Assembly (NCBI GenBank): GCA_019058365.1
Contig: JAHPZE010000010.1
Coordinates: 62,761 to 126,760 of the forward strand
Origin: Promethearchaeota archaeon
GTDB lineage: Archaea; Asgardarchaeota; Lokiarchaeia; Sigyniarchaeales; SOKP01
DNA: 64,000 nucleotides
Direction: 5' to 3'
In this document: piece after piece, positions 63,729 to 64,000 of the stretch
How the letters are laid out: each line of letters starts with the position of its first letter
Position numbering within the stretch: the first letter of the stretch is position 1
Notes under the pieces: model-generated
The model's input: the letters and a program-made list of their open reading frames with translations, nothing else
Told to the model about the DNA's origin: nothing
The model's database searches: none
Position numbers and translations under genes: made by a program

Positions 63729-64000
63729 TTTTCTTATTAACCTCGTTGTTAAGCTAAATAAATAATTAATATTTATTAAAATTATTAACTAGTACCGAAT
63801 ATAAGCTTAATTTAAAAAAGAAAATTAAAATAAAAATAGCTGCATATAAATTGAAGTTAAGGAGAGTTTTTGTGAGTGATATTTGTTTCGAAGTGAGTGT
63901 TAATATTTTTTTATATAAATAAAATAATGTGATTTTTACTTTTTGTTTTGGGTAGTTACAAAACCCAGTGATGGGTTTTAAATATTTCGGTATCTTGGTT

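Overview
Very AT-rich archaeal DNA, most likely Lokiarchaeia (Asgard). The assignment rests on Rab-like small GTPases, a longin-like protein, a p24/GOLD-domain protein, a Loki-CTERM-type anchor, archaeal BRE/TATA promoters and GGTGA-type SD sites. There are three zones. (1) 1-13.2 kb is the tail of a type III-D CRISPR-Cas locus (csx19, Cas7-insertion RAMP). It is followed by five CARF genes plus a CARF-HEPN remnant, a dead IS4-superfamily transposase, MNT-HEPN and VapBC pairs, and a 5-repeat mini-array. (2) About 14-48.35 kb is a partly decayed accessory island marked by three copies of one repeat. It holds three copies of an apparently undescribed module: a PAS protein with a conserved C-terminal tail, convergent with a small AbrB-like gene. 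Arrays of YTATAR boxes with exact 12-bp period cover the start sites of neighbouring genes for switch-degenerate Rab-like GTPases, a beta-propeller/FnIII + GOLD surface operon and a PH-like membrane protein. The island also carries a PIN + unknown + Rad50/SMC operon (no Mre11) bracketed by ~310-bp direct repeats, a candidate defence system. (3) 48.4-64 kb is housekeeping nitrogen/redox genes (Lrp, FMN glutamate synthase family, pepF, guaA, sudBA, gdhA) sharing a GGGAW-N4-TTCCC palindrome. Three genes appear to start at ATT behind good SD sites. Several frameshifts fall in homopolymers and may be assembly errors. All family calls are by motif recognition only; no searches were run.
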